Source: Clostridium sp. CAG:245 (lineage in GTDB: Bacteria > Bacillota > Clostridia > TANB77 > CAG-508). From it: 64,000 nt of DNA. The stretch covers positions 47,271-111,270 of the forward strand of contig FR880046.1 of NCBI GenBank assembly GCA_000435175.1. Reading direction: 5' to 3'. Positions 20,411-30,911 of this stretch are shown piece after piece (position 1 is the first letter of the stretch; each line of letters starts with the position of its first letter). Under the pieces are notes generated by a model that searched no databases, was not told the DNA's origin, and worked only from the letters and a program-made list of their open reading frames with translations. Both the position numbers and the translations under genes were made by a program.

Positions 20411-21299
20411 ATGAAAGAAGAGTTTCTAAAATATTTTCCTCAACATATACAAGCAATATTGAATGAAGAAGATTTAAATTCGAATGAAGAAATTCGTATA
20501 AGAAATAATTTGCCCTTAATTTTAAGATTTGGACAAGCCCAGAAAATACTAAATTACATTATAAATACAGAAGATATTAATTATATATTTCAAAAAATAT
20601 GCGAAAATTCCGTATACTCATATCAAAAACAAATTGCAAATGGCTACATAACAATAAAAGGCGGACATCGTGTTGGAATAGTTGGAACAGCAGTGTTAGA
20701 TGCAAATGGACAAGTTGCTAATTTTAATTATATTTCTAGTTTAAATTTTAGAATAAGCAGGGAAATAAAAGGTTGTTCAAACTGTATGATAAATGAAATA
20801 ATAAAAAACAATAATAGCATCTATAATACGTTATTGATCTCTCCACCAGGAATGCGGCAAGACGACATTGTTGCGTGATATAACACGAAATATTAGTAAT
20901 GGAATATCAGATAAAATACAGGGCTTGAATGTGGTTGTAATAGATGAGAGAGGAGAAATTTCATCAATTTATAGAGGAATAATGCAAAATGATTTAGGAA
21001 TTAGGACTGATGTGATAAATGATATTCCAAAATCTATTGGAATGAAAATTGCTATTCGTTCTATGGCACCACAAGTGTTAATAGCAGATGAAATCGGAAG
21101 TGTGCAAGATAGTGAAGTAATAAAGTACGCCGTGTGCTGTGGTGTAAAAGGAATTTTTACGGCTCATGGAAATAGTATTGAAGATGTGATGAAAAATCCA
21201 GAGTTGAAGGAATTGATACAAGAAAAAATATTTGAAAAAGTAATAGTTATAAAAGCAAGAAATGATTCGAATTATGAATTTGAAACAACAAATTTATAA
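20411..21299 (+). CDS. spoIIIAA: Stage III sporulation protein AA (SpoIIIAA ATPase), split at the Walker A motif by an apparent 1-nt insertion (ORFs 20411..20878 and 20868..21299)
   Basis: Sequence ccaggaAtgcggcaagacgacattgttgcgtgat. Removing one A restores PGCGKTTLLRDITRN, the canonical SpoIIIAA P-loop. Downstream VVVIDERGEI and the FTAHGNS motif fit SpoIIIAA. Confidence 0.85.
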
Positions 21300-21364
21300 A
21301 AAATAGTTCTAAAATAAAAATATCAGAATATATATTATAAAGAAGCTTAAATAGGAGACAAGCT

Positions 21365-21880
21365 ATGATTTTTATAAAATATATTCTGATATTTTTTGTG
21401 TTTTTAGCATTTACATACATAGGAAACACATATTCAAAGAAATATGTAAATAGGGTACAAGAATTAGAAAAAATGCAGAATTTGTTAAACATATTTAAAT
21501 CAAAAATTAAATTTACAGGACTAACCATTCAGGAAATTTTTAACCAGATTTATGATGACAACAAAGATGTGGTTGGAGACATATTTAAAAGAGCAAGCCT
21601 TAATATGGAGAATATGAGTGCAAAAGATGGTTGGAAAAAAGCTATAGAAGAATCACAAGACAAACTAAGCCTTAATAAAGAAGATTTTACTGCCATAGAA
21701 ACTCTGGGAAAGATGCTAGGAAACACAGATGTGGAAGGACAAGTAAGCCAAATTGAATTAACAGAAAAATTAATAGAAGACCAGATTGAAAATGCAAAAA
21801 TTGAGAAACAAAAGAATACAAAATTATATAAGACACTAGGAGTAACTGTGGGGCTTACTGCTGTTATATTACTGTTATGA
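21365..21880 (+). CDS. spoIIIAB: Stage III sporulation protein AB
   Basis: 171-aa membrane protein in the expected operon position, with typical SpoIIIAB N-terminal TM and size. Confidence 0.8.
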   Translation: MIFIKYILIFFVFLAFTYIGNTYSKKYVNRVQELEKMQNLLNIFKSKIKFTGLTIQEIFNQIYDDNKDVVGDIFKRASLNMENMSAKDGWKKAIEESQDKLSLNKEDFTAIETLGKMLGNTDVEGQVSQIELTEKLIEDQIENAKIEKQKNTKLYKTLGVTVGLTAVILLL

Positions 21881-22048
21881 AAAGGCATAAGGTTGAAAAA
21901 TAATTACAATTTTGGCTACGTCAAATATCGTTTCAAACGCGGTTACATACACCACGTATGCGCCCTTACCTTTGAAATTCATTTTCCTTGCCAAAATTTA
22001 ATTCTTTTCCAACCAAACTTGTGCAAGTAAGAAAGGAACGGATGAATA

Positions 22049-22243
22049 ATGGATATAAATTTATTATTTAAAATTGCTGCTATTGGAATTTTGGTTGCTG
22101 TATTGTATCAGGTTTTAGTAAGAGCAGGAAGAGAGGACCAGGCAATGATGACAACTCTTGCAGGCCTCATTATTGTTCTTACAATGGTAATTAAAGAAAT
22201 TAGTACTCTGTTTGATACAGTAAGGACAATTTTTAATTTGTAA
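22049..22243 (+). CDS. spoIIIAC: Stage III sporulation protein AC
   Basis: 64-aa, two-TM protein (MDINLLFKIAAIGILVAVLYQ...) matching SpoIIIAC. Confidence 0.85.
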   Translation: MDINLLFKIAAIGILVAVLYQVLVRAGREDQAMMTTLAGLIIVLTMVIKEISTLFDTVRTIFNL

Positions 22244-22248
22244 GGAAA

Positions 22249-22644
22249 GTGATACATATGGATATTGTTAAAATAATTGGCATTGGTCTAATAGCGGTTA
22301 TAATAATTGTAATTTTAAAACAGTATAGGCCGGAATTTGCAATGTATGCCTCGCTAATAGCTGGAATATTAATATTTGCAATGATTGCTACTAAGCTTTC
22401 TGGAATTATTGAAGTGCTTAAAAGCTTATCAAGCAAAACAGCAATAAACAATGAGTTTCTAGTTTTACTTATTAAAATTACCGGGATAGCTATTTTAACG
22501 GAATTCACAGTGAGTATCTGCAAAGATGCCGGTGAATCTGCAATTGCAAGTAAGGTTGACCTAGGTGGTAAAGTAATAATAATGTCTATGTCTGTTCCGA
22601 TAATGTCGAGTTTGCTGGAAGTTATTCTAAACATTCTACCATAG
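22249..22644 (+). CDS. spoIIIAD: Stage III sporulation protein AD
   Basis: 131-aa membrane protein (MDIVKIIGIGLIAVIIIVILKQYRPEFA...) matching SpoIIIAD. Confidence 0.85.
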   Translation: MIHMDIVKIIGIGLIAVIIIVILKQYRPEFAMYASLIAGILIFAMIATKLSGIIEVLKSLSSKTAINNEFLVLLIKITGIAILTEFTVSICKDAGESAIASKVDLGGKVIIMSMSVPIMSSLLEVILNILP

Positions 22645-22654
22645 TGGAGGAAAA

Positions 22655-23826
22655 ATGGAAAACAAAAGATTAATAAAAATAATTGTAATATTGCTAATAT
22701 ATTTTTGCTATTTGAGCTTTTGCTATAAAGTAAATGCTGAAGACGACATAACGAGTGAACTCTTGAAAAGCCAGTCGAGTACATTAGGAATATCCAGTTT
22801 TATTGAAGAGGCTAACAAATACAAGAGTGAGGATTTTGATATTGATGTAAATGAGCTTATAACATCTGCTATAAAAGGAAATGTGGATAATCAGACAATA
22901 GGCAAAAAAATTCTAGCACAGCTGTTTAGTGGAGCAAGAGAAGCAATCAGTACAATTCGGAAGCATTATGGTAATTATAATAATATCTAGCGTGCTTCGA
23001 AGCATAACAGATGGCCTCGAAAATAAGAGTGTTTCGCAAATTACATATTACATAACATATATTTTAATCGTAACAATCGTAATGAAAAATTTTTCAGATA
23101 TAATCAACATGGTAAAAACATCGATTGACAATTTAGTAGCATTTACAAATTGTTTAATTCCATTATTAATAACACTTATGATAACTACAGGAAATATTGC
23201 ATCTGCTGGAATGCTACAGCCAATCATTTTATGGATAATATCTTTTATAGGCAATTTTATAAATGTTGTGCTTGTACCAGCAAGCCTAATATCTGTAGCG
23301 TTAAGTGTAATTTCAAATGTATCTGATAGAGTCCCAATAGACAAGCTTTCGAAATACATAAATACAACAGTTGTCTGGATATTAGGAATTGTTCTTACCA
23401 TATTTGTGGGAGTTTCTTCGCTCGAAGGAAGTATAACAAATGGAGTTGATGCACTTACAGTAAAAACCACAAAAGCGGCAGTTTCAAATTTTATTCCGAT
23501 TGTTGGAAAGATACTCCGGAGATGCAGTGGATACGGTTATGAGTTGTAGCAATATTTTAAAAAATGCAGTTGGGATTGTTGGTGTAATTATAATTTTGAG
23601 TATTTGCATAATACCGATAATAAAATTGACAACTTTAATGGCAGTTTATTACTTGGGTTCTGCTTTATGCCAGCCTATTGCAGATGATAAGATTGTAAAA
23701 TTATTAGGTCAGATAGGAGGAACATTTAAGCTATTATTAGCCATAATGTGTAGTATTTCTGTAATGCTTATTATCGGAGTGACATTAGTAATAAAAATAT
23801 CGAACAGTGGAGTGATGATGCAATGA
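22655..23826 (+). CDS. spoIIIAE: Stage III sporulation protein AE, fragmented into three overlapping ORFs (22655..22990, 22929..23549, 23500..23826) by two apparent frameshifts
   Basis: Signal-peptide N-terminal fragment plus two multi-TM fragments give ~390 aa, the size of SpoIIIAE. Overlaps of 62 and 50 nt between frames indicate indels, not separate genes. Confidence 0.8.
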
Positions 23827-24413
23827 TTGAATTTCTTAGTAGTTGGGCACAAGGGATAATTGTTGCTGTAATAATTGCAACATTAATTGAAATGATTTTG
23901 CCAAATAGCAGTAGTAAAAAATATGTGAAAGTTGTAATTGGAATGTACATATTGTTTACAATAGTATCTCCAATAATAAAAAAATTGGGTGGCAAAGATA
24001 TTAATTTAAACACAATAAATATAGAAAAATATGAACAACAGATTTCAAAAAGTGACAACACAATATCACGCAAGTTTGAAGATAATAATACTAGAAGTAT
24101 TAAAGACATATATGTATCAAATCTAAAAGCCGATATATCTGCTAAATTAAAAGAAAAAGGTTATGAAATTGATACATCAGATATTCAGATAAAAGATGAC
24201 GAAAATTATACAATAGAAAAAATCACATTAAAGCTGATTAAAATGGAGCAAAAACAGGGAAAAAACAATGAAATAGTAATAAATACTGTAGAAATTGGAA
24301 ATACAATAAGTCAAAAAGATAGCAAAACATTAAGTGATGATGACAAACAAGAAGTAAAAGATTACATAAGCGAAACTTATGACATAGATAAAAAGAACAT
24401 TAATATTTCTTAA
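23823..24413 (+). CDS. spoIIIAF: Stage III sporulation protein AF
   Basis: 196 aa, N-terminal two TM segments (MIEFLSSWAQGIIVAVIIATLIEMILP), operon position. Confidence 0.85.
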   Translation: MIEFLSSWAQGIIVAVIIATLIEMILPNSSSKKYVKVVIGMYILFTIVSPIIKKLGGKDINLNTINIEKYEQQISKSDNTISRKFEDNNTRSIKDIYVSNLKADISAKLKEKGYEIDTSDIQIKDDENYTIEKITLKLIKMEQKQGKNNEIVINTVEIGNTISQKDSKTLSDDDKQEVKDYISETYDIDKKNINIS

Positions 24414-24447
24414 AGGAGGAGTGCACTTTTAGTGCCAATAAAGAAAG

Positions 24448-25062
24448 ATGTTTAAGGAAAAACTTCAGAAAATTAAAGAAAAAAATAGTGAAGAAAATGG
24501 CAATAGCAAAAAGAAAATGGAAAATTTAGTTGTACTCATAATTATAATGATAGTAACAATTGTAGCAATTAACTATATTTGGAGCGGAGATAAGAAAAAA
24601 GACAATGTAACAACAGATACAAATAAAAAACTTGCCACAACAGAAAATGAAACACAGACGACAGCAACTGAAGAGACTGGAATGGAACAGAAATTGGAGA
24701 ATATACTATCAAATATAAAGGGAGTTGGTAAAACAAAAGTATTAATTACATATTCACAAACTAGCCAGATTATACCGATGTATGATGAAGATTCCAGCAC
24801 TAGTACGACGGAAGAAACTGATTCCGGAGGAGGCACAAGAACTGTGAATGAAAGTACTACGAAGAAAGATGTAATATACGAAGACAAGAACGGAACGAAA
24901 ACACCAATAACTCAAAGCGTGATAAATCCTAAAATAGAAGGTGCAATAATTACTGCGCAAGGAGCAAATGATGCAAACATAAAAACAAGTATAGTGCAGG
25001 CGGTAGAAGCGGTTACTGGACTAGCTACATATAAAATACAAGTCTTTGAGATGAAAGACTAA
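24448..25062 (+). CDS. spoIIIAG: Stage III sporulation protein AG
   Basis: 204 aa, single TM, conserved C-terminal ring-building-motif region (IEGAIITAQGANDANIKTSIVQAVEAVTGLATYKIQV). Confidence 0.85.
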   Translation: MFKEKLQKIKEKNSEENGNSKKKMENLVVLIIIMIVTIVAINYIWSGDKKKDNVTTDTNKKLATTENETQTTATEETGMEQKLENILSNIKGVGKTKVLITYSQTSQIIPMYDEDSSTSTTEETDSGGGTRTVNESTTKKDVIYEDKNGTKTPITQSVINPKIEGAIITAQGANDANIKTSIVQAVEAVTGLATYKIQVFEMKD

Positions 25063-25205
25063 AAACTATTGCAAATTAGAAAAATCAAATTTTGAGAAGA
25101 ATAAATTATATTTTGGGTGATTGTGTAATATTAATTATTATAATGTTAAAAAAATTTTGTGTTAATATTAATTTGACTATATTATGATAAAAGGAGATTG
25201 TGAAT

Positions 25206-25913
25206 ATGAAACAGATTTTAAAGAAAAATCAAATTATAATTTCTGTCATAGCAATAATGTTGATTGCTGCAGGTTACATGAACTACACGAGCAACGAGAA
25301 ACAAGCATTAGAAACAGCAGTATTAACAGACTCTGAAAAATATGCGGGAATTGGAGATGCAACACTCGTGAGTGCCAATGTTGCTGATAATAATGATTTG
25401 GTTAATAATGATGAAACGCAAAATACTGATAATGAAAATAATGATACGTCTAAGAACGAGGATAAAAAAGATGAAATAAAATCAAATGAACAAAATACAG
25501 AAACTACAGAAAACGCCGTTCAAAATGAAATAAATACATCTACAACTGTAACGGAAAATAGCGGAAATCAATATTTTGCAGAGCTTAGATTAGAAAGAGA
25601 TAAAATGTATTCGCAAATGTTAGAAAGCTATCAAAAAATATTGAGCAATAGTCAAATATCAGAAACTCAAAAGGAAATTTCAGAAAATGAAATAAAGAAA
25701 ATAAATGATACACGAAATGCAATAATGATAGCAGAAAACTTAATAAAAAACAAAGGATTTCAAGATTTAATAATATTTATAAATGGGGATAGTATAAGCA
25801 TAATCGTGAAAGCTAAAGAACTTAAAGAAGAGCAAATAGCTCAAATACAAAATATAATATCAAGAGAATTGAAAGGAGAGATAGAAAACATACATATTAG
25901 CAATAAGGAATGA
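25206..25913 (+). CDS. spoIIIAH: Stage III sporulation protein AH
   Basis: N-terminal TM followed by an acidic/low-complexity linker and a YscJ-like C-terminal domain. Last gene of the spoIIIA operon (alternative GTG start at 25200). Confidence 0.8.
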   Translation: MKQILKKNQIIISVIAIMLIAAGYMNYTSNEKQALETAVLTDSEKYAGIGDATLVSANVADNNDLVNNDETQNTDNENNDTSKNEDKKDEIKSNEQNTETTENAVQNEINTSTTVTENSGNQYFAELRLERDKMYSQMLESYQKILSNSQISETQKEISENEIKKINDTRNAIMIAENLIKNKGFQDLIIFINGDSISIIVKAKELKEEQIAQIQNIISRELKGEIENIHISNKE

Positions 25914-25991
25914 AAAGTATTAAAAATGTCGATGTAATATATAATAAATATAACCCACTTGCCATATTTCTTTGGCAGGTGGGTTGATGGT

Positions 25992-26366
25992 TCAAATGTT
26001 TACAATCACGAAATTACTGCTCAGATTTTCGACGGGAATAGCAATTTTACAGTTGCTGTTGTAGATAATGTTACCGTTGCCATCAGGGGACGGCATGAAT
26101 TTTCCAAACATATAGATTTTCCCAATTGCTTGAGGTAAATTGGAAAAGTCCAACCTAATAATGTTAAAAAAGCTAATAGTGTTTAATTGGGCATAAATAT
26201 CGTCGATGCTTTCGCCCAAAGCTTCATATAAAATAAATGTTCTTTGGGGACATAATAATGCGTGAGACGACACTTCGTCAGACAGTTCTTTTACTGAAAA
26301 TTTTAATTCAGTATTTGAAACAGTCCGCCTAGAAAATGCGATTAAAAATCGTTTCATGATAACCAT
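25992..26366 (-). CDS. Hypothetical protein (locally higher GC)
   Basis: 124-aa ORF convergent with spoIIIAH. AGGA RBS before MKRF. Region ~37% GC versus ~28% background. Confidence 0.4.
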   Translation of the reverse strand: MVIMKRFLIAFSRRTVSNTELKFSVKELSDEVSSHALLCPQRTFILYEALGESIDDIYAQLNTISFFNIIRLDFSNLPQAIGKIYMFGKFMPSPDGNGNIIYNSNCKIAIPVENLSSNFVIVNI

Positions 26367-26572
26367 CCTTTCTAATGATAACTGATAATTAAATCAAGCT
26401 AATTTATTATATCATTAATTTACATAATTTACAATAATTGCAATATACTTTCTTGTATAAAAAATTAATGACTAGTACAAAAAAAGGCATTTTGCCTTGA
26501 CATATCTACTATTAAGTGGTAGTATTAATGGCAAAATGCGCTAATTTTTTAGCTATGTAAGAGGTATAAATT

Positions 26573-27955
26573 ATGATTGAAAGTATGGAAAAAATGGTAG
26601 CACTTTGCAAGAATAGAGGATATATATATCCAGGTTCTGAAATTTACGGAGGTCTTGCAAATACATGGGATTATGGCCCTTTAGGTGTAGAATTAAAAAA
26701 TAATGTTAAAGCTGCATGGAGAAAGAAGTTTATTCAAGAGAACAAATATAATGTTGGGCTTGATGCAGCAATATTTATGAACCCAGAAACTTGGGTTGCA
26801 ACAGGACATGTTGCAGGCTTCAGTGACCCATTAATTGACTGTAAAGAATGCAAAACAAGACATAGAGCAGATAAGTTAATTGAAGAATGGGCTCATGAAA
26901 ATGGAAAAGATTTAGTTGCAGACGGTTGGACTGATGAACAACTAGTAAATTACATAAATGAAAACAAAATTCCTTGCCCAGATTGTGGAAAAACAAACTT
27001 TACTAATATAAGAAAATTCAATTTAATGTTTAAAACATTTCAAGGAGTTACAGAAGATTCAACAGCTCAAATTTATTTAAGACCAGAAACAGCACAAGGT
27101 ATATTTGTAAACTTCAAAAATGTAATGAGAACGACAAGAAGAAAGCTTCCAATGGGAATTGGCCAAATTGGTAAAGCTTTTAGAAACGAAATTACACCTG
27201 GAAACTTTACATTTAGAACACGTGAATTTGAACAGATGGAACTTGAATTTTTCTGCAAACCTGGAACAGATTTAGATTGGTTTAAGTTCTGGAAAGATTA
27301 CTGCAAGAAATTCTTATTAGATTTAGGAATGGAAGAAGAAAATATCAGACTACGTGACCACAGTCCAGAAGAGCTTGTTTTCTACAGCAAAGCTACAACA
27401 GATATAGAATTTGCATTCCCATTCGGATGGGGAGAATTATGGGGAATTGCTGATAGAACTGATTATGATTTATCAAGACACATGGAACACTCAAAACAAG
27501 ATTTATCATATCAAGATCCAGAGACAAACGAAAAATACATTCCATATGTTATAGAACCATCTCTAGGATGTGACAGAGTTGCTTTAGCATTCTTATGTAA
27601 CGCATATGAAGAACAAGACTTAGGTGAAGGAGATTCAAGAGTTGTATTACACTTACACCCAGCTCTTGCTCCATATAAAGTAGCTGTACTTCCTTTATCA
27701 AAAAAATTATCGGAAAAAGCACAAGAGGTATATGAAAATTTATCAAAGAAATTTATGTGTGATTATGATGAGGCTGGAAGCATTGGAAAGAGATATAGAA
27801 GAGAAGATGAAATTGGTACACCATATTGTGTAACAATAGACTTCGATACATTAGAAGACAACAAAGTAACAATTAGAGATAGAGATACAATGGAACAAGT
27901 AAGAATTGATATATCTGAAATAGAAAACTGGTTACAACAAAAAATAGAATTTTAA
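26573..27955 (+). CDS. glyQS: Glycine--tRNA ligase (class II, alpha2 type)
   Basis: 460 aa. N-terminal [31 protein letters not shown] and class II aaRS motifs. RBS AGAGG. Confidence 0.9.
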   Translation: MIESMEKMVALCKNRGYIYPGSEIYGGLANTWDYGPLGVELKNNVKAAWRKKFIQENKYNVGLDAAIFMNPETWVATGHVAGFSDPLIDCKECKTRHRADKLIEEWAHENGKDLVADGWTDEQLVNYINENKIPCPDCGKTNFTNIRKFNLMFKTFQGVTEDSTAQIYLRPETAQGIFVNFKNVMRTTRRKLPMGIGQIGKAFRNEITPGNFTFRTREFEQMELEFFCKPGTDLDWFKFWKDYCKKFLLDLGMEEENIRLRDHSPEELVFYSKATTDIEFAFPFGWGELWGIADRTDYDLSRHMEHSKQDLSYQDPETNEKYIPYVIEPSLGCDRVALAFLCNAYEEQDLGEGDSRVVLHLHPALAPYKVAVLPLSKKLSEKAQEVYENLSKKFMCDYDEAGSIGKRYRREDEIGTPYCVTIDFDTLEDNKVTIRDRDTMEQVRIDISEIENWLQQKIEF

Positions 27956-28226
27956 AAATGTAATTAAAATATAGCAATAAAAGTACTAATTCATAGAAAA
28001 TTTGAAACATGCTTTGTAAAATGGAATTAAGAGTATAACAAAGTAATGAAGTAATATTTTAAAGTATGAACTAGTACTTTTTAAGTTTCATATTATTACA
28101 AAATATTACATATTATTACAAATTAATAATTTTAGCAAAAACACTTGATAAATATCCTAATTACATATATAGTATTCATCAGCAAAAATATAAATATGAT
28201 TTACATAAATGGAGGAGTAACAGTAA

Positions 28227-28780
28227 TGGGAATTATTAATGTTTATACAGGACCAATGAAATGCGGCAAAAGTCAGAAGATATTTAATGAATTAAAGAGA
28301 CAATTAATTGCAGGAAAGAACATTAAGGTATTTAAACCATTATTAGACAATAGAGCAGGAGATGCAGTAATATCAACAAGAGCAGGCAATTCAATAAATG
28401 CTATAAATATTCAGAGCATAAATGAGCTTGAAAAATATGATGCAGATTCATATTTTATTGATGAATTTCAATTTTTAAAAGGAGATATTCAAACAATAGA
28501 TAAAATGGCTGCAGAAGGAAAAAAATTTTATATAGCTGGATTAAATTTAACATCAGAAAAGAAAACATTTGGTAAAATGGGAGATTTAATGTGTATTGCT
28601 GATAATATTGAGATGATGACTTCTATATGTGAAATTTGTAAGAGCGAAGAAGCTATATTTACATATTATAAAGGACAAAAAGACACAGACATTATGGTTG
28701 GAGACGCAGAATATATACCTGTTTGTAGAGAATGCTATAATAAACTGATGAAACATATGCCATTTGAAATCGCCCAATAG
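28227..28780 (+). CDS. tdk: Thymidine kinase
   Basis: P-loop GPMKCGKS and a C-terminal zinc ribbon (CEICKSE...CRECY). Start chosen at the ATG after the GGAGG RBS rather than the upstream ORF-track start. Confidence 0.85.
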
Positions 28781-28800
28781 GGACGCCCCTTTTTGGGCGA
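28771..28800 (+). repeat. GC-rich palindromic hairpin element, copy 1 (CGCCCAATAGGGACGCCCCTTTTTGGGCGA); supplies the tdk stop codon
   Basis: 7-10-bp stem (t)CGCCCAA/TTGGGCG(a) around a 15-nt loop. The TAG of tdk lies inside the element (...IAQ*). Confidence 0.7.
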
Positions 28801-28971
28801 GTAAAATAAAAAACAATTTTAATTTTACAAAAATTTCGATACGTAGCTCTTGTTCGGATTTCATCTGGATTTTTCAAAAAACAAACTTGAACTTATTTCT
28901 AAAAATTAGATTTTTTTATATAATTGTGTGACCAATTTAAAAATTTACCGTTTATATATATGGAGGATGTA

Positions 28972-29478
28972 ATGGAAGATAAAAATAAGAAAAGAAGTAA
29001 TTATATTAGCTGGGACGAATATTTTATGGCAATAGCCAAATTATCTGCGATGAGAAGTAAGGACCCATCAACTCAAGTTGGTGCATGCATTGTTGGTGCA
29101 GATAATAGAATTTTATCAATTGGATATAATGGAACTCCAAACGGTTTTAATGATGACGAGTTTCCTTGGAATAGAGAAGGCGACAATTTGAATACAAAAT
29201 ATCCATATGTATGCCATGCAGAAATGAATGCAATATTAAATTATAGAGGAAGTAGAAAAGACTTAGAAGGTGCTAAAATTTATGTGGATTTATTTCCATG
29301 TAACGAATGTGCAAAAATGATAATTCAATCTGGAATTAAAGAAGTAATATATTTATCTGATAAATATGCAAATTCCGAAAATAACATAGCATCTAGAAAA
29401 TTGTTAGATACTTGTAAAGTAACCTATAAAAAAATGCATATAGATGATGAAATGAAGAATATTGAAATTAAGCTATAA
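28972..29478 (+). CDS. Deoxycytidylate (dCMP) deaminase, ComEB-like
   Basis: Cytidine/deoxycytidylate deaminase zinc motifs HAEMNAI and PCNECAKMI. Start after the GGAGG RBS. Confidence 0.85.
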   Translation: MEDKNKKRSNYISWDEYFMAIAKLSAMRSKDPSTQVGACIVGADNRILSIGYNGTPNGFNDDEFPWNREGDNLNTKYPYVCHAEMNAILNYRGSRKDLEGAKIYVDLFPCNECAKMIIQSGIKEVIYLSDKYANSENNIASRKLLDTCKVTYKKMHIDDEMKNIEIKL

Positions 29479-29605
29479 TAATTAAAAATAGCCTCCGACA
29501 TATTAAAAAACACCATAATAAAACTGGAAAACATTGCTATTAAATGAAAAGTATGATATAATTGCAAAAGCAAAATATAACGTGAAGGAGCTGTATTAAT
29601 AGAAT

Positions 29606-30877
29606 ATGGAAGAAAAGGCACAATTTGGAATTGGATTTGTGTCAGGCAGACCGAATGTTTGCGCTGTTATAAACAACACATATAAGCATTTATTAAATCA
29701 AACTAAAAAGTTTGATAGAGAGGTTGAGTTAACGATATTCATATTGTATGATTTAAGTTACCAAAAAGAATCTAGAGAAGAAGATTTTTATAAAATATTA
29801 CCAGAGGTACATAAAGATATAAAAATTGTTCATATTACTCCCCAATTAATAGAGGAGCAAAAATCAGGATTAGTTAAAGAGAAAATAATAACTATGGACG
29901 AAGCCAATTTATTCTTCGGCTATGGCTATGCAAAAGCAAGGAATACACTGCTATATAATGCGGTAATTAATGGAATTGATTATTTTTTATACTGGGATGA
30001 TGACGAATACCCAGTAGCATGTATTAAGAATAATACGAACGAAAACATTAAATGGAAGGCACAAAATAATATATTAGGGCATTTGGAGAACATAGAAAAT
30101 GCTGATATTACTTTCGGACATAGATGCGGATATAATTCGCCACTTCCATATATGGAATTAAAAAATCCATTTCATGAGCGTAGAATAAAGTCTTTTATAG
30201 AGGCTGTAAAAAATGAATTTATGACGTGGAAAGATGTTAAAGAATATTTGTCAAAAAATGATGGAATTGCCTATGCTGATGAAGAATTAATGAAAAAGAA
30301 AACTGTGAGTGAAATACAAATCCAAGGAACGCATAAACGTATATTGGGATCTCCATTGTGCCTAAACTTGAAACATTTAGAAAAAATTCCGGCATTTTAT
30401 AATCCGGAAGGGGCAAGAGGAGAAGATGCATTCTTTTCTTTGTTATTGAATGAAAACAAAGTGGTAAGTGTACCGGTTTATCATTTTCATGACCCATTTA
30501 TAAAATTTAATAATGTTTTAGAAGGAAAGTATCCAAGGAAAATAGATAAAACAAAATCTAACGATAAAAGCGTTGAACAGAGATTTTATAAGGTGGCTAG
30601 AGGCTGGATTAAATACAGACCTTTATATTTGTATGCAACTAATAGAGAAAATTATGAAAAAGAAATAAAGAAAACAGTAAAAAATTTAAAGAGAGGCATT
30701 CCAGCAATGAATAAAATGTTTAAAGATAAAGACTTTAACATTTTATTGGAAGACCTAGAAAAATATAATTCAAATGTAAAACAAGATTATGAAGATTTTC
30801 AACATGTACAAGTTGTTTGGAAAAAGTTGAAAAAAACAATTACTGAAAATAATAAAAAACTTGTAATCGCCCAATAG
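29606..30877 (+). CDS. Hypothetical protein, possible GT-A-like glycosyltransferase (YWDDDEY motif)
   Basis: 423-aa ORF immediately upstream of a GT8 glycosyltransferase. C-terminal ...LVIAQ* and stop come from hairpin element copy 2. Confidence 0.45.
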   Translation: MEEKAQFGIGFVSGRPNVCAVINNTYKHLLNQTKKFDREVELTIFILYDLSYQKESREEDFYKILPEVHKDIKIVHITPQLIEEQKSGLVKEKIITMDEANLFFGYGYAKARNTLLYNAVINGIDYFLYWDDDEYPVACIKNNTNENIKWKAQNNILGHLENIENADITFGHRCGYNSPLPYMELKNPFHERRIKSFIEAVKNEFMTWKDVKEYLSKNDGIAYADEELMKKKTVSEIQIQGTHKRILGSPLCLNLKHLEKIPAFYNPEGARGEDAFFSLLLNENKVVSVPVYHFHDPFIKFNNVLEGKYPRKIDKTKSNDKSVEQRFYKVARGWIKYRPLYLYATNRENYEKEIKKTVKNLKRGIPAMNKMFKDKDFNILLEDLEKYNSNVKQDYEDFQHVQVVWKKLKKTITENNKKLVIAQ

Positions 30878-30897
30878 GGACGCCCCTTTTTGGGCGA
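30868..30897 (+). repeat. GC-rich palindromic hairpin element, copy 2; supplies the stop codon of the 29606..30877 gene
   Basis: Identical 30-mer CGCCCAATAGGGACGCCCCTTTTTGGGCGA. The TAG at 30875..30877 is inside it. Confidence 0.7.
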
Positions 30898-30911
30898 AAA
30901 GAGGAGAGAAT

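Noticed and set aside
21900-21970. GC-rich patch examined as a possible tRNA or fragment
   Set aside because: No acceptor, D- or T-arm or TpsiC (GTTCGAATCC-like) features. Retained only as an unexplained operon-internal spacer.
26367-26572. T-box riboswitch leader upstream of glyQS
   Set aside because: Expected from Bacillus, but no T-box consensus (AGGGTGGNACCGCG) or specifier/antiterminator architecture could be found by eye. Reported only as absent or uncertain.
28145-28226. Upstream extension of tdk (ORF-track start at 28145)
   Set aside because: The N-terminal extension is hydrophobic junk with no RBS. A canonical GGAGG RBS precedes the ATG at 28227, which gives a normal-length thymidine kinase.
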